From Leptonemataceae bacterium (lineage in GTDB: Bacteria > Spirochaetota > Leptospiria > Leptospirales > Leptonemataceae), in assembly GCA_965227295.1 (NCBI GenBank), contig OZ245742.1, positions 960,001 to 1,024,000 on the forward strand: a DNA stretch of 64,000 nt, in the 5' to 3' direction. The first letter of the stretch is position 1. Every line of letters begins with the position of its first letter. The notes below the pieces were generated by a model. It did no database searches. It was given only the letters and a program-made list of their open reading frames with translations, and was not told the origin of the DNA. Positions 19,342-30,199 of the stretch are shown piece by piece. Position numbers and translations under genes: made by a program.

Positions 19342-20955
19342 CTAAAGCGCCGTCACCCCGGCATATTCGATTCCGGTAAGATAAGCCATATCACGATCCA
19401 GCGTAATCAAATCGTCTTTCGTGAATTTGTTCAGATGATCGTGGCCGCAGGCACGGGCCATGACCTGCATCAACTCTACCGTGGCCTCGAAAAAGGTTCT
19501 CAGACGCTCCGCGCTCTGATCGATGATCAGGCGTTTGCGTAACTCCTCTTTCTGCGTCGCGATGCCCACCGGGCAGTTGTTCGTGTGACACGCCCGCATG
19601 CCGAGGCAGCCGATGGCCTGGAGCGCGGCGTTGGAAACAGCGATACCGTCCGCGCCCAGGGCCAGGGCCTTGACGAAGTCCGCCGCGGTCCGCAACCCGC
19701 CGGTAATGATCAACGTCACGTCGCCGCGGCCGAGTTTATCTAAGTGCAACCGGGCGCGAGCTAAGGCGGGGATCGTCGGCACGCTGATGTTGTCTCGAAA
19801 AATGAGCGGCGCCGCACCGGTACCGCCGCCGCGCCCGTCCAGGATAATGTAGTCCGCTCCGGCCTGGAGCGCGAAGTCGATGGTGTCTTCGATGTGATTC
19901 GCCGAAATCTTAAAGCCGATGGGAATGCCCCCGGTATGCTCGCGAATTTCTTCGGCGCAGGCCGCGAAGGCCCCGGGGGAATCGAACTTCTCGAAGCGCG
20001 GCGGCGAGATGGCCGGTGTGCCGGGCTTCAGCTCCCGCACTTCCGCGATGCGGCCCTGGACCTTTTCTCCGGGCAGATGTCCGCCGGTGCCGGTCTTCGC
20101 CCCCTGGCCGGCCTTAAAGTGAAATGCCTGTACATTAGTAAGCTTCTCGATGCTGTAGCCGAACTGCGCCGAGGCCAGTTCGTAAAAGTAGCGCGAGTTG
20201 TTCTCGCGTTCTTCCGGCAGCATCCCGCCTTCGCCCGAACAAATGCCCGTGCCGGCCAGCTCCGCACCTTTCGCGAGGGCGATCTTCGCTTCTTCGGAAA
20301 GCGCGCCGAAGCTCATGTCGGAGACGAACAGGGGTATGGAGAGTTGCAGCGGTCTTTTCGCCCCGGGGCCGATCGTAATTTCCGTACCAACCTGCGCATC
20401 GTCAAAGAGCGGGAGACGATGTAACTGCGCCGTTTGAATCTGGATGTCCTCCCACCTCGGAAGATCCAGACGACTTACACCCATGGCGGAAACCGGGCCG
20501 TGGTGGCCGGTCTTCTGCAGGCCGTGCTTTGCGAGATGTTGAATGTCGTTGTTGTTGTACTCGTCCGGCCCGCCGTGCACATCGGCATACTGACCGAGGT
20601 ATTCCTCGCGATTGTAGGGCTGCGGGTTGTCCCGCTCCCATTCCGCGATTTCGTCCTCGTCGACCAGGACTTCGTCGGCTTCGATCCAGGCCGAAAACAT
20701 CCGGAGACGTTCTTCGTTTTTGTACGCGCTGATGCCGCTTTTGTACTGGTAATCCCAACTGTGCAGACCACAAATGAGATTGTCCCCGTCGATGAAACCG
20801 TCCGCCAGCATGGCGCCCCGATGCAGACAGCGACCGTAGAGCACGGAAACCGCAGCATCGTACTTAATCACAACTAAATCAACATTAGCCACGAGCGCCG
20901 CCGTGGGCTGCAACGTTTCCAGCTCCGAGAATTTTGCTATGGCAGTCTTTCTCAT
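19342..20955 (-). CDS. Rieske domain plus FMN-binding glutamate-synthase-like (GltB2-type) protein
   Basis: CLHRG...CGLH Rieske; SDMSFGALS, GEGG, GQGAKTGTGGHLPG, DGRGGGTGAAP, CLGMRACHTNNCPVGIATQ. Confidence 0.88.
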   Translation of the reverse strand: MRKTAIAKFSELETLQPTAALVANVDLVVIKYDAAVSVLYGRCLHRGAMLADGFIDGDNLICGLHSWDYQYKSGISAYKNEERLRMFSAWIEADEVLVDEDEIAEWERDNPQPYNREEYLGQYADVHGGPDEYNNNDIQHLAKHGLQKTGHHGPVSAMGVSRLDLPRWEDIQIQTAQLHRLPLFDDAQVGTEITIGPGAKRPLQLSIPLFVSDMSFGALSEEAKIALAKGAELAGTGICSGEGGMLPEERENNSRYFYELASAQFGYSIEKLTNVQAFHFKAGQGAKTGTGGHLPGEKVQGRIAEVRELKPGTPAISPPRFEKFDSPGAFAACAEEIREHTGGIPIGFKISANHIEDTIDFALQAGADYIILDGRGGGTGAAPLIFRDNISVPTIPALARARLHLDKLGRGDVTLIITGGLRTAADFVKALALGADGIAVSNAALQAIGCLGMRACHTNNCPVGIATQKEELRKRLIIDQSAERLRTFFEATVELMQVMARACGHDHLNKFTKDDLITLDRDMAYLTGIEYAGVTAL

Positions 20956-20969
20956 GAATCCCTCGTAAG

Positions 20970-21818
20970 TTAGCCGATGAGGTCGAGCAAACCGTCCACT
21001 GCGCCTTCCAGAAAACCCCGCGTGCGTTTTTGCTGATCACCGCTGCCGGCAATCTCCTTCGAGGACAGCAACGCCCCGACCCAGCCGTCGGTATTCCAGC
21101 GTCCGGCCGGTAGCTCCGGCAATGTATCTTTGTCCGGATACGGCCAGGGCGTAACGTACCAGTACGGTACCGGGGTGCCACCGTCCCCCGGCGAAACACC
21201 GGCGCCGACGCTCACGCCGTCTTCGCCGCCGGGCTCCGAGGGTTTCTTTACGGTAATCAGCGTGGCAAGATCGAAGTGATGCGGCCACAGCTTGATGGGC
21301 GACGCCCCGCTATGCTTCGCGGCGATGTCTTTTAATAGAAGAAACGTATTCGAAAAGTACAGACTCACCGCCTGCATGTTCTCGGCCTGGCCGGGATCAA
21401 AGCGCGCGCCGTTTCCCAGGGGATGGCCGGGAAAATCCCCGTACTCCGACGCTTTGAACTCCGCTGTGTCCACGCCGTGTTTCGTGAGGGCGTCCTTCAT
21501 CCACTGCATGCCGTCGTCCAGGCTGCGATCGAATAGGGAAATCTTTTCGAGCGGGACACCGCCGTCCGCGATCAAGGCGAGCGTAAGCCCTTCGAAAATC
21601 AACGCCGCGCGCAGGCCCTTGTGATTTTCGAAGGGCATCCCCGTAAGAGCATGCAGGGCAGGATCGTACTCCAGCGACATTTGACTGTAGTCCGCCTGGT
21701 TCGGCAAAAGCGAATCGCCGGCGGACCCCACGGGCTGAACGGCGTAGTGAAGCTGAAGACGAGCTTCGACAAGGCGCTCGGGATCGTTTTGGAAATCGTT
21801 CCAGGTCTGATGGTTCAT
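20970..21818 (-). CDS. Hypothetical protein, DUF5996-like
   Basis: RLQLHYAVQ, SPIKLWPHHFDLATL, GVSPGD...PYWYVTPWP. Confidence 0.6.
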   Translation of the reverse strand: MNHQTWNDFQNDPERLVEARLQLHYAVQPVGSAGDSLLPNQADYSQMSLEYDPALHALTGMPFENHKGLRAALIFEGLTLALIADGGVPLEKISLFDRSLDDGMQWMKDALTKHGVDTAEFKASEYGDFPGHPLGNGARFDPGQAENMQAVSLYFSNTFLLLKDIAAKHSGASPIKLWPHHFDLATLITVKKPSEPGGEDGVSVGAGVSPGDGGTPVPYWYVTPWPYPDKDTLPELPAGRWNTDGWVGALLSSKEIAGSGDQQKRTRGFLEGAVDGLLDLIG

Positions 21819-21950
21819 ATGCAGAGACGGGATAGGTTTGATTCGGCGTGACGATCTTACAATATTTTCACTGACTTGAGCTGTCTCAGCGAGAAGCGTC
21901 CATACAAATTTTGCTGGCCCGCCACGACAGACGCATGATCCCTGGAATGG

Positions 21951-23159
21951 ATGCGCGGTTGTACTCTGCTCCCGTTCATTCTATTGTTTTCCGCCTGCAT
22001 ATACGGCCACCCCGTTACGGGTCTGCTACCGGACAGCGAGGACGGCTCCGACGATCCCGTTGTCGTACTGGCCCTGGCCGCGGCCGGCCTCACGACCGGC
22101 GGCAACGTTGTCGGCGATACCACGCCGGCGGTTACCGGCCCTGTCGTAGCCTCGACAATGCCCGCCGATGCCTCGACCGGCCAGCGTCTGCTGGGCAGCA
22201 TCTCGGTAACGTTCGGCGAGGCGGTGGATCCTGCGACAGTCACGACCAATACGACGGATACGAACTGTTCGGGAACCTTTCAGGTTTCGGCCGATGCCTT
22301 TGCGACGTGTGTAACAATGTTCGCGTCGCCGTCCACGAGCGACAACACCACGTTCAACACACGCCCGTCCATCGCGCTCACCGAGGGAACGACGTACACA
22401 CTGCGTATCGCCGACGGCGTAACGACAGGCGACGGCCAGTCGGTAACTTCATCTTCGGTAAAGTTTCGCGCGTTCACGCCGCTTGAGGACGTCGGCTCCG
22501 GCAGCATGCGACTCTGGGTTAAGGCGGACGCCGGCGTCTCCACATTCGGCAGCGACGTCAGTCAGTGGGACGATCAATCGGGGCGGGGCAATCATTTCCT
22601 GCCCGTAAGCGCCGGCACGGAACCGACCTTTACGGCCGTGGGAATCGGCGGTAAGCCGGTCGTGACGTTCGGCGGCAGCGACGAGATGGAGAGTCCGTTC
22701 AACGAAAGCGACTTCGACGCGGCCGTATTTTCCCTGTTCGCCGTGGCGGCCAGCTTCAATACCGGAGCAATTTTCGGAAAATCGGACCTGGCCGGTTCCA
22801 CGACGTTCCGGCGCAAACTGGAACTGCACGCAAACTCCTACCGCGCCGGCGACAATGCCGACTCCTTCTCATTGACCGGCGGCATCGTCGGACCGGATCA
22901 AATGATGGCCGTCATCGGCCGCGGCAACTCGGATCACACCTACTCGGTCAACAACGTCACCCTGACGACCGCAACGACGGTGGCCGACAGCGATTTTAAC
23001 AACGGCCTCGCCCGCATCGGCGGCCTGGAAACCAGTGAACGCCTTAGCGGAAACATTGCGGAGATCCTGTTTTACAACAGCCCCCTCTCCGATGCCGAAC
23101 GCGTCGAAGTCGAGTGTTACCTCAGCGACAAATACAGACTGGCGCTCACTAACTGTTAA
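21951..23159 (+). CDS. Surface lipoprotein with Ig-like (SbsA/Big_5-type) and LamG/ConA-like domains
   Basis: Lipobox LFSAC; ISVTFGEAVDPATV...TTYTLRI; LWVKADAG...VSQWDDQSG...GNIAEILFYNSPLS...YLSDKY. Confidence 0.75.
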   Translation: MRGCTLLPFILLFSACIYGHPVTGLLPDSEDGSDDPVVVLALAAAGLTTGGNVVGDTTPAVTGPVVASTMPADASTGQRLLGSISVTFGEAVDPATVTTNTTDTNCSGTFQVSADAFATCVTMFASPSTSDNTTFNTRPSIALTEGTTYTLRIADGVTTGDGQSVTSSSVKFRAFTPLEDVGSGSMRLWVKADAGVSTFGSDVSQWDDQSGRGNHFLPVSAGTEPTFTAVGIGGKPVVTFGGSDEMESPFNESDFDAAVFSLFAVAASFNTGAIFGKSDLAGSTTFRRKLELHANSYRAGDNADSFSLTGGIVGPDQMMAVIGRGNSDHTYSVNNVTLTTATTVADSDFNNGLARIGGLETSERLSGNIAEILFYNSPLSDAERVEVECYLSDKYRLALTNC

Positions 23160-23921
23160 TCACAGCACGGGCAGATTTGTACTGACGGCACCCCAGACGA
23201 TCATGGCCTGGGCGGTATAGTAAGTACCCAGGATCCAGGCACCGGCGACCGGAAGGGGTTTTACGAAACGATTCCACGCCCAGAGAGAATCGGAGACGCA
23301 GAAGAACGCAGCGCCCAGCACGAACCAGGGCAACGACCGCGCGGAAACGGACGGCGGCATGCCGGGATTCGCAATGCGCTCGCCGATCCACAAAGCCCAG
23401 TCCGCGGAAAAAGCCGCGGCGAGCATGGTGCCGATCAGCACGGTGTAAGCGAACGCCAGCGGGAGGCGATGACGTTGCTCGGGCAGAACCTTGCGGCGCA
23501 ACACGGCAGCGTAGATCACGCCGAGGACGGCGATGGGAACGATCGCGATACCGAACAACTCGGGTGTGCCTTCGAGCGCCAGCACCACCGCGTAAACGAT
23601 GTGACCGAGGGCAAAGGCCGTGAAGCCGATCAAAAACGTACGCTTCCACAACAGAAAGACATCGCCGAAAAAACCGGCCACCAACCCGACGAGAATACCC
23701 AGACGCAACGGAACGAGGGCCGGACTCACCGGCTGCGCCGGATGCACCAGGTCCAGCACGAACCAGAGGATCAGCCATACGATAGGCGGGGTCTTCATCC
23801 ACCAGTACACCCGGGGCTCGGAACGCAGATAACGTTCCCGGCTGAACACGGCCACGGCGGACAACCAGATTGTCACGACGGCGTACAGAATCGGCTGATG
23901 AAAGAGTTCCAGATCGGCCAC
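23160..23921 (-). CDS. YhhN/lysoplasmalogenase family membrane protein
   Basis: GDVFLL, FALGHIVY, FCVSDSL, TYYTAQ; start uncertain (ORF is open to 24032). Confidence 0.8.
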   Translation of the reverse strand: MADLELFHQPILYAVVTIWLSAVAVFSRERYLRSEPRVYWWMKTPPIVWLILWFVLDLVHPAQPVSPALVPLRLGILVGLVAGFFGDVFLLWKRTFLIGFTAFALGHIVYAVVLALEGTPELFGIAIVPIAVLGVIYAAVLRRKVLPEQRHRLPLAFAYTVLIGTMLAAAFSADWALWIGERIANPGMPPSVSARSLPWFVLGAAFFCVSDSLWAWNRFVKPLPVAGAWILGTYYTAQAMIVWGAVSTNLPVL

Positions 23922-24068
23922 GCTAAGCAATGCGACATATCCGGGAAGAACATTTGCAGAACCGGGCCCGACGGCTGTTCCCACCCAATACACTTGACAT
24001 ACGGCATAGCGGAACTTTCCTGAGCTTGCCACTCAACGCACACAGGCCATCTAACAGGTATCCACACC

Positions 24069-24500
24069 ATGAAAAGATTCATCAAAAAGATTCTCGTGCC
24101 CATCGACGGTTCGGAAACGGCCAAAAAAGCACTGGAAATCGGTCTGGCCATCGCCCGCTCGGCCGATGCCAGCCTTACGGTCATTGAGGTCGTCGAGGAA
24201 TTCGGCCCCCTTCCCGGTTACTACGAAGCGGCGCCTCCCGGCCGCGATCGTGTGAAGTGGATCTCCGAGCAACGCTTCGAAGCCATCCACCCGGTCCTCG
24301 ACGAATCCTCCGTCAAGTGGGACCGCGTCGTCCGGGAAGGCTACCCCGCCGACACCATTGTCGAATACGCCCGCGAGGGCAGCTACGATATGATCGTCAT
24401 CGGCTCCCGCGGTCTCTCCGCGTTCGGCCGTTTCTTGATGGGATCCGTCTCGGACCGCGTCGTGCATCACGCCCCGTGCAGCGTGACCGTCGTGCGTTAG
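24069..24500 (+). CDS. Universal stress protein (UspA family)
   Basis: [39 protein letters not shown]. Confidence 0.95.
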   Translation: MKRFIKKILVPIDGSETAKKALEIGLAIARSADASLTVIEVVEEFGPLPGYYEAAPPGRDRVKWISEQRFEAIHPVLDESSVKWDRVVREGYPADTIVEYAREGSYDMIVIGSRGLSAFGRFLMGSVSDRVVHHAPCSVTVVR

Positions 24501-24518
24501 TCCCGTCTGTATTAATAG

Positions 24519-25553
<1,035 letters not shown>

Positions 25554-25574
25554 AAATCGGCGCACCTCCTCGTC

Positions 25575-26777
25575 ATGGCCAAACATCTATTCATCGAAAA
25601 CCTGCCGGACCTGCGCGGCAAAAAGGTCGCCGTCCGCGTCGACTACAACGTTCCGCTGAAGAACGGCGACGTCACCGACGCGCGGCGCATCGAGGCGTCG
25701 TTGCCCACCGTGCGTTATCTGCAACAGCAGGGCGCACGCACGTTCCTCATGTCGCACCTGGGTCGACCGAAGGGCCAGGTCAAAGAAGAACTGCGCCTGG
25801 CTCCGGTGGCTGCGAAACTGGGCGAGCTACTGGGCGCAAAGGTCGCTTACGTCCAGGACTGCGTCGGCGACGAAGCGCAGAAGGCCGTCGACGGCTTAAG
25901 TGACGGTGAAGTGTTATTACTGGAGAACGTGCGTTTCCATCCGGGTGAAGAAAAAAACGATCCGGAGCTGGCGAAGGCCCTGGCCCACGGCGCCGACTAC
26001 TTCGTGAACGACGCCTTCGGCACGGCCCACCGCGCCCACGCGTCCACCGAGGGCATTACGCGCTTCGTGCAAAAATCGGCGCACGGGTACATCATCCGCG
26101 ACGAACTGGAGTACCTGGGCGGCAAGCTGGACAATCCGGCGCATCCGTACGTGGCCATCTCCGGCGGCGCAAAAATCTCCGGCAAGATCGACCTCATCGA
26201 AAATCTCCTGCCCCGTGTGGACCAATTGCTTGTCGGCGGCGGCATGACCTACACGTTTCTGAAGGCCCAGGGCTACGAGATCGGCAAGTCCCTGCTCGAA
26301 GAGGATAAGATCGATCTTGCGCGCACTACCATCGAAAAGGCCGGTTCGAAACTCGTGCTGCCGAAAGACTCGGTTATCTCCAATGAGTTCGACTTCGGCA
26401 GCGGCCACGTCGGCGCGTTGCAAACCGTGGCGTCGGCAAACATCCCGGCGGACGCCTACGGTCTGGACATCGGGCCGCAGACCATCGAAGAATTTCGCAA
26501 GATCTTACTCGCCGCGAAAACGATCGTCTGGAACGGCCCCATGGGCGTGTTTGAGATCGAAGCCACGTCAAAGGGTACATTCGCCATTGCCGAGGTTCTG
26601 GCCGAGGCTACCGCGAACGGCGCGGTGACCATCATCGGCGGCGGCGATTCGGCGGCAGCCGTGGAAGCGGCCGGCCTGGCCGATCAGGTCTCGCACGTAT
26701 CCACGGGCGGCGGGGCCACGCTGGAATTTCTGCAGGGCCTGGAACTGCCGGGCGTCGCGGCCCTCAGTCCGGCCTGA
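25575..26777 (+). CDS. pgk: Phosphoglycerate kinase
   Basis: RVDYNVP, SHLGRP, LLENVRF, NDAFGTAHRAHAS, WNGPMGVFE, STGGGA. Confidence 0.98.
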   Translation: MAKHLFIENLPDLRGKKVAVRVDYNVPLKNGDVTDARRIEASLPTVRYLQQQGARTFLMSHLGRPKGQVKEELRLAPVAAKLGELLGAKVAYVQDCVGDEAQKAVDGLSDGEVLLLENVRFHPGEEKNDPELAKALAHGADYFVNDAFGTAHRAHASTEGITRFVQKSAHGYIIRDELEYLGGKLDNPAHPYVAISGGAKISGKIDLIENLLPRVDQLLVGGGMTYTFLKAQGYEIGKSLLEEDKIDLARTTIEKAGSKLVLPKDSVISNEFDFGSGHVGALQTVASANIPADAYGLDIGPQTIEEFRKILLAAKTIVWNGPMGVFEIEATSKGTFAIAEVLAEATANGAVTIIGGGDSAAAVEAAGLADQVSHVSTGGGATLEFLQGLELPGVAALSPA

Positions 26778-26836
26778 GCCGGCCTGGGCGCGAAATCGGG
26801 CTGGACAGCCCGTCCGGCTCTGCCTTCATTCGGAAC

Positions 26837-27601
26837 GTGGCCGGTCACGATGTAGAAATCGAAAGTTCTTTTGTGGTCTTTTCCGGGCGTGTCCTCGACT
26901 GGCTCGGCAACTTCGATTCCATCGCGGGTTATGCCTGCGGCAAAGCCCGGCAACAAAGCATCCGGGACGTCTACTTCGATACCCCCGCTGGAGATCTGGA
27001 AGCCCGGCGCATCGCGTTCCGTCTCCGTCGCAAGGACGAGACTGTTCTGCTGACCGTGAAAGGACCGGCGCTGCAAAGCGGCAGCGAGGGCACCACGCGC
27101 GAAGAGATCGAGCGGCCCTGGTCCGCCGGGGCACTCGAGGAAATCGCCGGGTACCTGCGGCAGCACGGCGTAACCCTGCAACTCCCCGAACCCCTGGCCG
27201 GCTATCCCGAAGAAATCCTGCAAACCGCCGGCCTCGCCATCGTGCAGGATCGGACCTGCGACCGCCTCGTCCGCGATCTCTACGACAGCGAAGATCGTGC
27301 CGTCGTCGAACTCGCCGTGGATCGCGTGCACTACCGCTTCGGCGAGCGCACCATTGAACACACGGAAGTGGAACTGGAAAGCCACGGCGACCACGCCGCC
27401 GATCTTCAGCGCATCGTCGCCGGGTTACGCGAGCATTTCGGCGCGACGCTGAAGTCCTGGGAGTACGGCAAGATCGCCACCGGTAAGGCCATCGAGCAAC
27501 TACTGCAGAACGGCGATCTGGACCGGCATCACTGGCTCGACGAACACGACCGCCTCAAGGCCCCGGCGTACGAACACGTTCGCGGCCTGTTGCACGCTTG
27601 A
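26837..27601 (+). CDS. CYTH domain protein
   Basis: VEIES, DVYFDT, FRLR, LTVKG, REEIE, AVDRV, EVELE. Confidence 0.8.
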   Translation: MAGHDVEIESSFVVFSGRVLDWLGNFDSIAGYACGKARQQSIRDVYFDTPAGDLEARRIAFRLRRKDETVLLTVKGPALQSGSEGTTREEIERPWSAGALEEIAGYLRQHGVTLQLPEPLAGYPEEILQTAGLAIVQDRTCDRLVRDLYDSEDRAVVELAVDRVHYRFGERTIEHTEVELESHGDHAADLQRIVAGLREHFGATLKSWEYGKIATGKAIEQLLQNGDLDRHHWLDEHDRLKAPAYEHVRGLLHA

Positions 27602-27602
27602 G

Positions 27603-28136
27603 TTACGGCTGATCGATGGGATCCGGGCAAACTTCCTTTAATCTGCACTTAGCACACTCGTTGCCCAAAAACACCGCCTCGTACTGATCCATCATCCGCC
27701 GCACCAGGCGCGGCTCATCGGTAATGATTCCGGCCTCGAAGTTCCGCCGGTCCCGGTGCTTCGCGCCCATGCCGGCGCCGGTAACGTTCGCCGAACCGAT
27801 GTACGCCCGTTTACCGTCGATGATCAGCGTTTTGAAATGCACGCGCGGGCACAGCAGTCGCTCGAAGCGCTCGGAGTCGGTGAGGGCCGGATAACGATCG
27901 AAGCTGCGACGAAAGCGCGGCCCGGGTTCTTTCGCATGCAGCAAACGAATCTCCACGCCGCGTTCCACCAGGGCGGCCAGTCCCGCGAGCCACGGTGCAA
28001 AACGACGGCCGCTCTGTACGTGAAGATCCTTGAGATCGGCCGTGCCGATCCACAGAAACTTTTTTGTGCTTTGCGGTATTGCTTCGAGTAGAAAGCGTTC
28101 GTAAAGCTCTTCGTTGAGTACGAGTTCCGTCGCCAT
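27603..28136 (-). CDS. Single-HKD phospholipase D/nuclease-like protein with a C-terminal Cys motif
   Basis: VHFKTLIIDG...YIGSANVT...NFEAG; C-terminal CAKCRLKEVCP. Confidence 0.82.
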   Translation of the reverse strand: MATELVLNEELYERFLLEAIPQSTKKFLWIGTADLKDLHVQSGRRFAPWLAGLAALVERGVEIRLLHAKEPGPRFRRSFDRYPALTDSERFERLLCPRVHFKTLIIDGKRAYIGSANVTGAGMGAKHRDRRNFEAGIITDEPRLVRRMMDQYEAVFLGNECAKCRLKEVCPDPIDQP

Positions 28137-29016
28137 GTTTCGCTGGTTCGTTTCCGTTGTCGCAGTCTTCTATGAGTACGTGCGTGCGCTCTCGCTGGAT
28201 GTCGTCGCGGGCAGCCTGGCCGGCGCTGCTCTGGCCGTCGTCGTCTGTGAGACGAAGATGCCTCTCGCCTGGTGGTTGCTTCTGCCGCTGATCGTGTGGA
28301 TCATCTACAGCACGGATCATCTCCTGGACGCCCGGCGCATCGGGCCCTCGGCGACGACCTTCCGTCATCGTTTCCATTATCGTCACTTTCGCGTGCTGGG
28401 CCTGGTCACCTTTCTCGCCGCCGTCCTGGCCGCGCATCTGATCTTCTTCGAACTCACGCGCTACCCGCGTATCTTCTTCGCCGGCCTGTTCCTCGGAACC
28501 CTGGTGCTCGCGCATCTCGGACTGGCCCAGGTCACACGCTGGCGCGGCTATCCGGCGGAACTGCTGATCGCCGCGCTGTACACCATCGGCATTTGGTTCG
28601 GGCCGCTATTGCAACGAGACCAGGGCATCACCGGAACCGCCGTGCCCGCGATTCTGCTCGGTTTCTTTCTCGCGGCCTTCGGGAATCTGCTCGTGTTTTC
28701 CCTGTTCGAACGACACATCGACGCGCGTGAAGCACCGAATACGATCGTGCTCGCCGGCGGCCCGGTGTTCGCTGAACGCCTGGTTCGATTCTGCGCGTTC
28801 GGCGCGGTGCTCGGCTATGTTGCGATCGGACTATCGCAGAACGACGACCTGGCCCGGGCGGCGGCTCTGATCGTTGCTATGACGGCGATGATACCGGCCG
28901 TGGTGTACGCGGGGCGTTCGTTTTTCGGCGAACACGAACGCTATCGCATTGTCTGTGATGGAGTGTTCTTGCTGTACGCACTGCCGTACGTCTGGCAAGA
29001 GCTTGCTAACAGTTAG
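28135..29016 (+). CDS. UbiA-like integral membrane protein
   Basis: LSLDVVAG, IYSTDHLLDA, FERHIDARE and multiple TM helices; start uncertain. Confidence 0.6.
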   Translation: MFRWFVSVVAVFYEYVRALSLDVVAGSLAGAALAVVVCETKMPLAWWLLLPLIVWIIYSTDHLLDARRIGPSATTFRHRFHYRHFRVLGLVTFLAAVLAAHLIFFELTRYPRIFFAGLFLGTLVLAHLGLAQVTRWRGYPAELLIAALYTIGIWFGPLLQRDQGITGTAVPAILLGFFLAAFGNLLVFSLFERHIDAREAPNTIVLAGGPVFAERLVRFCAFGAVLGYVAIGLSQNDDLARAAALIVAMTAMIPAVVYAGRSFFGEHERYRIVCDGVFLLYALPYVWQELANS

Positions 29017-29028
29017 CAAAACGTAGTT

Positions 29029-30141
29029 ATGAGCGGCCTTGATTTTCTTCCGGACTTCCCCGTCTTCGGCGGCCTCTTGTGTTTCCTCCTGGCCGCCGGT
29101 GAGCTGGTAAGCAGCCGCCGGCGCACGAAGGACGTGCATCGGCGTTCGTCCCTGTACTTCGCCGGTTTTCTGATGTGCCTCGGCATCATCATTCTGCACG
29201 GCTATCTCATTGTATCGCGCCACATGCTCACGCACACCTGGTTCTATTCCGTGCAACTCGGTCCGGCGTATCTGGCCGGCCCGTTGTTCTACGCAACCTT
29301 TCGTACGGCCCTCGACGGAGAGCAAACCCCGCGCATGCACGCATGGCACTGGTTGCCCGGCGGGGCGGCATTCCTGCCGGGCCTGACGATCATCCTTCAG
29401 AGCACGGAAGCGAAGATCGCGCGGGTGCAACATACGTATGCCGGCGGCACAAGCCTGGAATTCTGGCTGGTCGTCGGCGCCTTCGCCCACTTCGCCGCTT
29501 ATGCCGGAGCGCTGATGCTCTACGCCGCCCCGGGTCTGCGCGCCGCCCACCGGGACACGATTCTACCGAGGGTTCCCTGGATTGCCGGCTTTGCCGTTGC
29601 GGGTATCGGCATTTCGGCGATCAGCATCGCCGTGTTGCTCGGCGGCGCCGTACGCGCGCTCTCGGTTTCGATTCACTTCATGACCTTCTGGTTGCTTGTG
29701 CAGTATCTCACGTCCCGGGCATATCCGGATTTTTTCGAGATCGCCGGGACGGAAATGCGGCGGGGGAGCTATCGGCTTTCGCGCCTGGGCGGCCTGGACC
29801 TGAACGAACTGGAGCGCAGACTGGAACGCCTCATGCTGGAGGAACGGATCTATCTGCAAGAGGAACTGAGCATCGCGGACCTGTCGCGTTTTCTCGGCGT
29901 GAGTGTGCATCAGCTCTCGGAGTTCTTTAACAAGAATCTGGGCGTGAATTTCGCGAACTACGTAAACCGCTATCGCATACGGGAAGCGCAGCGCCTGCTG
30001 CGAGAACGCGAGGATCTTACGATCCTGAACATCGCGTACGAGGTCGGCTTTAATTCGAAGTCCGCCTTTCACACGGCCTTTCAACGTCACTGCGAAACCA
30101 CGCCATCGGAGTACCGGCGCAAGGCTCGCGTCAAAAATTAA
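29029..30141 (+). CDS. Membrane-anchored AraC family regulator
   Basis: About 6 N-terminal TM helices; HQLSEFFN...NFANYVNRYRI...ILNIAYEVGFNSKSAFHTAF...TPSEYR. Confidence 0.92.
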   Translation: MSGLDFLPDFPVFGGLLCFLLAAGELVSSRRRTKDVHRRSSLYFAGFLMCLGIIILHGYLIVSRHMLTHTWFYSVQLGPAYLAGPLFYATFRTALDGEQTPRMHAWHWLPGGAAFLPGLTIILQSTEAKIARVQHTYAGGTSLEFWLVVGAFAHFAAYAGALMLYAAPGLRAAHRDTILPRVPWIAGFAVAGIGISAISIAVLLGGAVRALSVSIHFMTFWLLVQYLTSRAYPDFFEIAGTEMRRGSYRLSRLGGLDLNELERRLERLMLEERIYLQEELSIADLSRFLGVSVHQLSEFFNKNLGVNFANYVNRYRIREAQRLLREREDLTILNIAYEVGFNSKSAFHTAFQRHCETTPSEYRRKARVKN

Positions 30142-30143
30142 TC

Positions 30144-30193
30144 CGTCCGGAATTATACAACGAAACGATCCGCGGTCGCTACAGTGTTAACAT
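30144..30193 (+). promoter_or_regulatory. Candidate AraC operator plus extended -10; implied leaderless start at the hydrolase ATG
   Basis: CGTCCGGAATTATACAACGAAACGAT, 18 nt, then TAACAT preceded by TGt; implied +1 = 30200; no SD. Confidence 0.45.
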
Positions 30194-30199
30194 GCGACC

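Noticed and set aside
18923-19349. Direct repeat ctaaagcg at 18923 and 19342 as a target-site duplication
   Set aside because: One copy lies inside the GxxExxY coding sequence, so the pair does not flank the inverted-repeat unit.
26776-26820. Nested hairpin after pgk as an intrinsic terminator
   Set aside because: Stems are present (gagccgg/ccggctc, cgggctg/cagcccg), but there is no U-tract, so the call cannot be supported.
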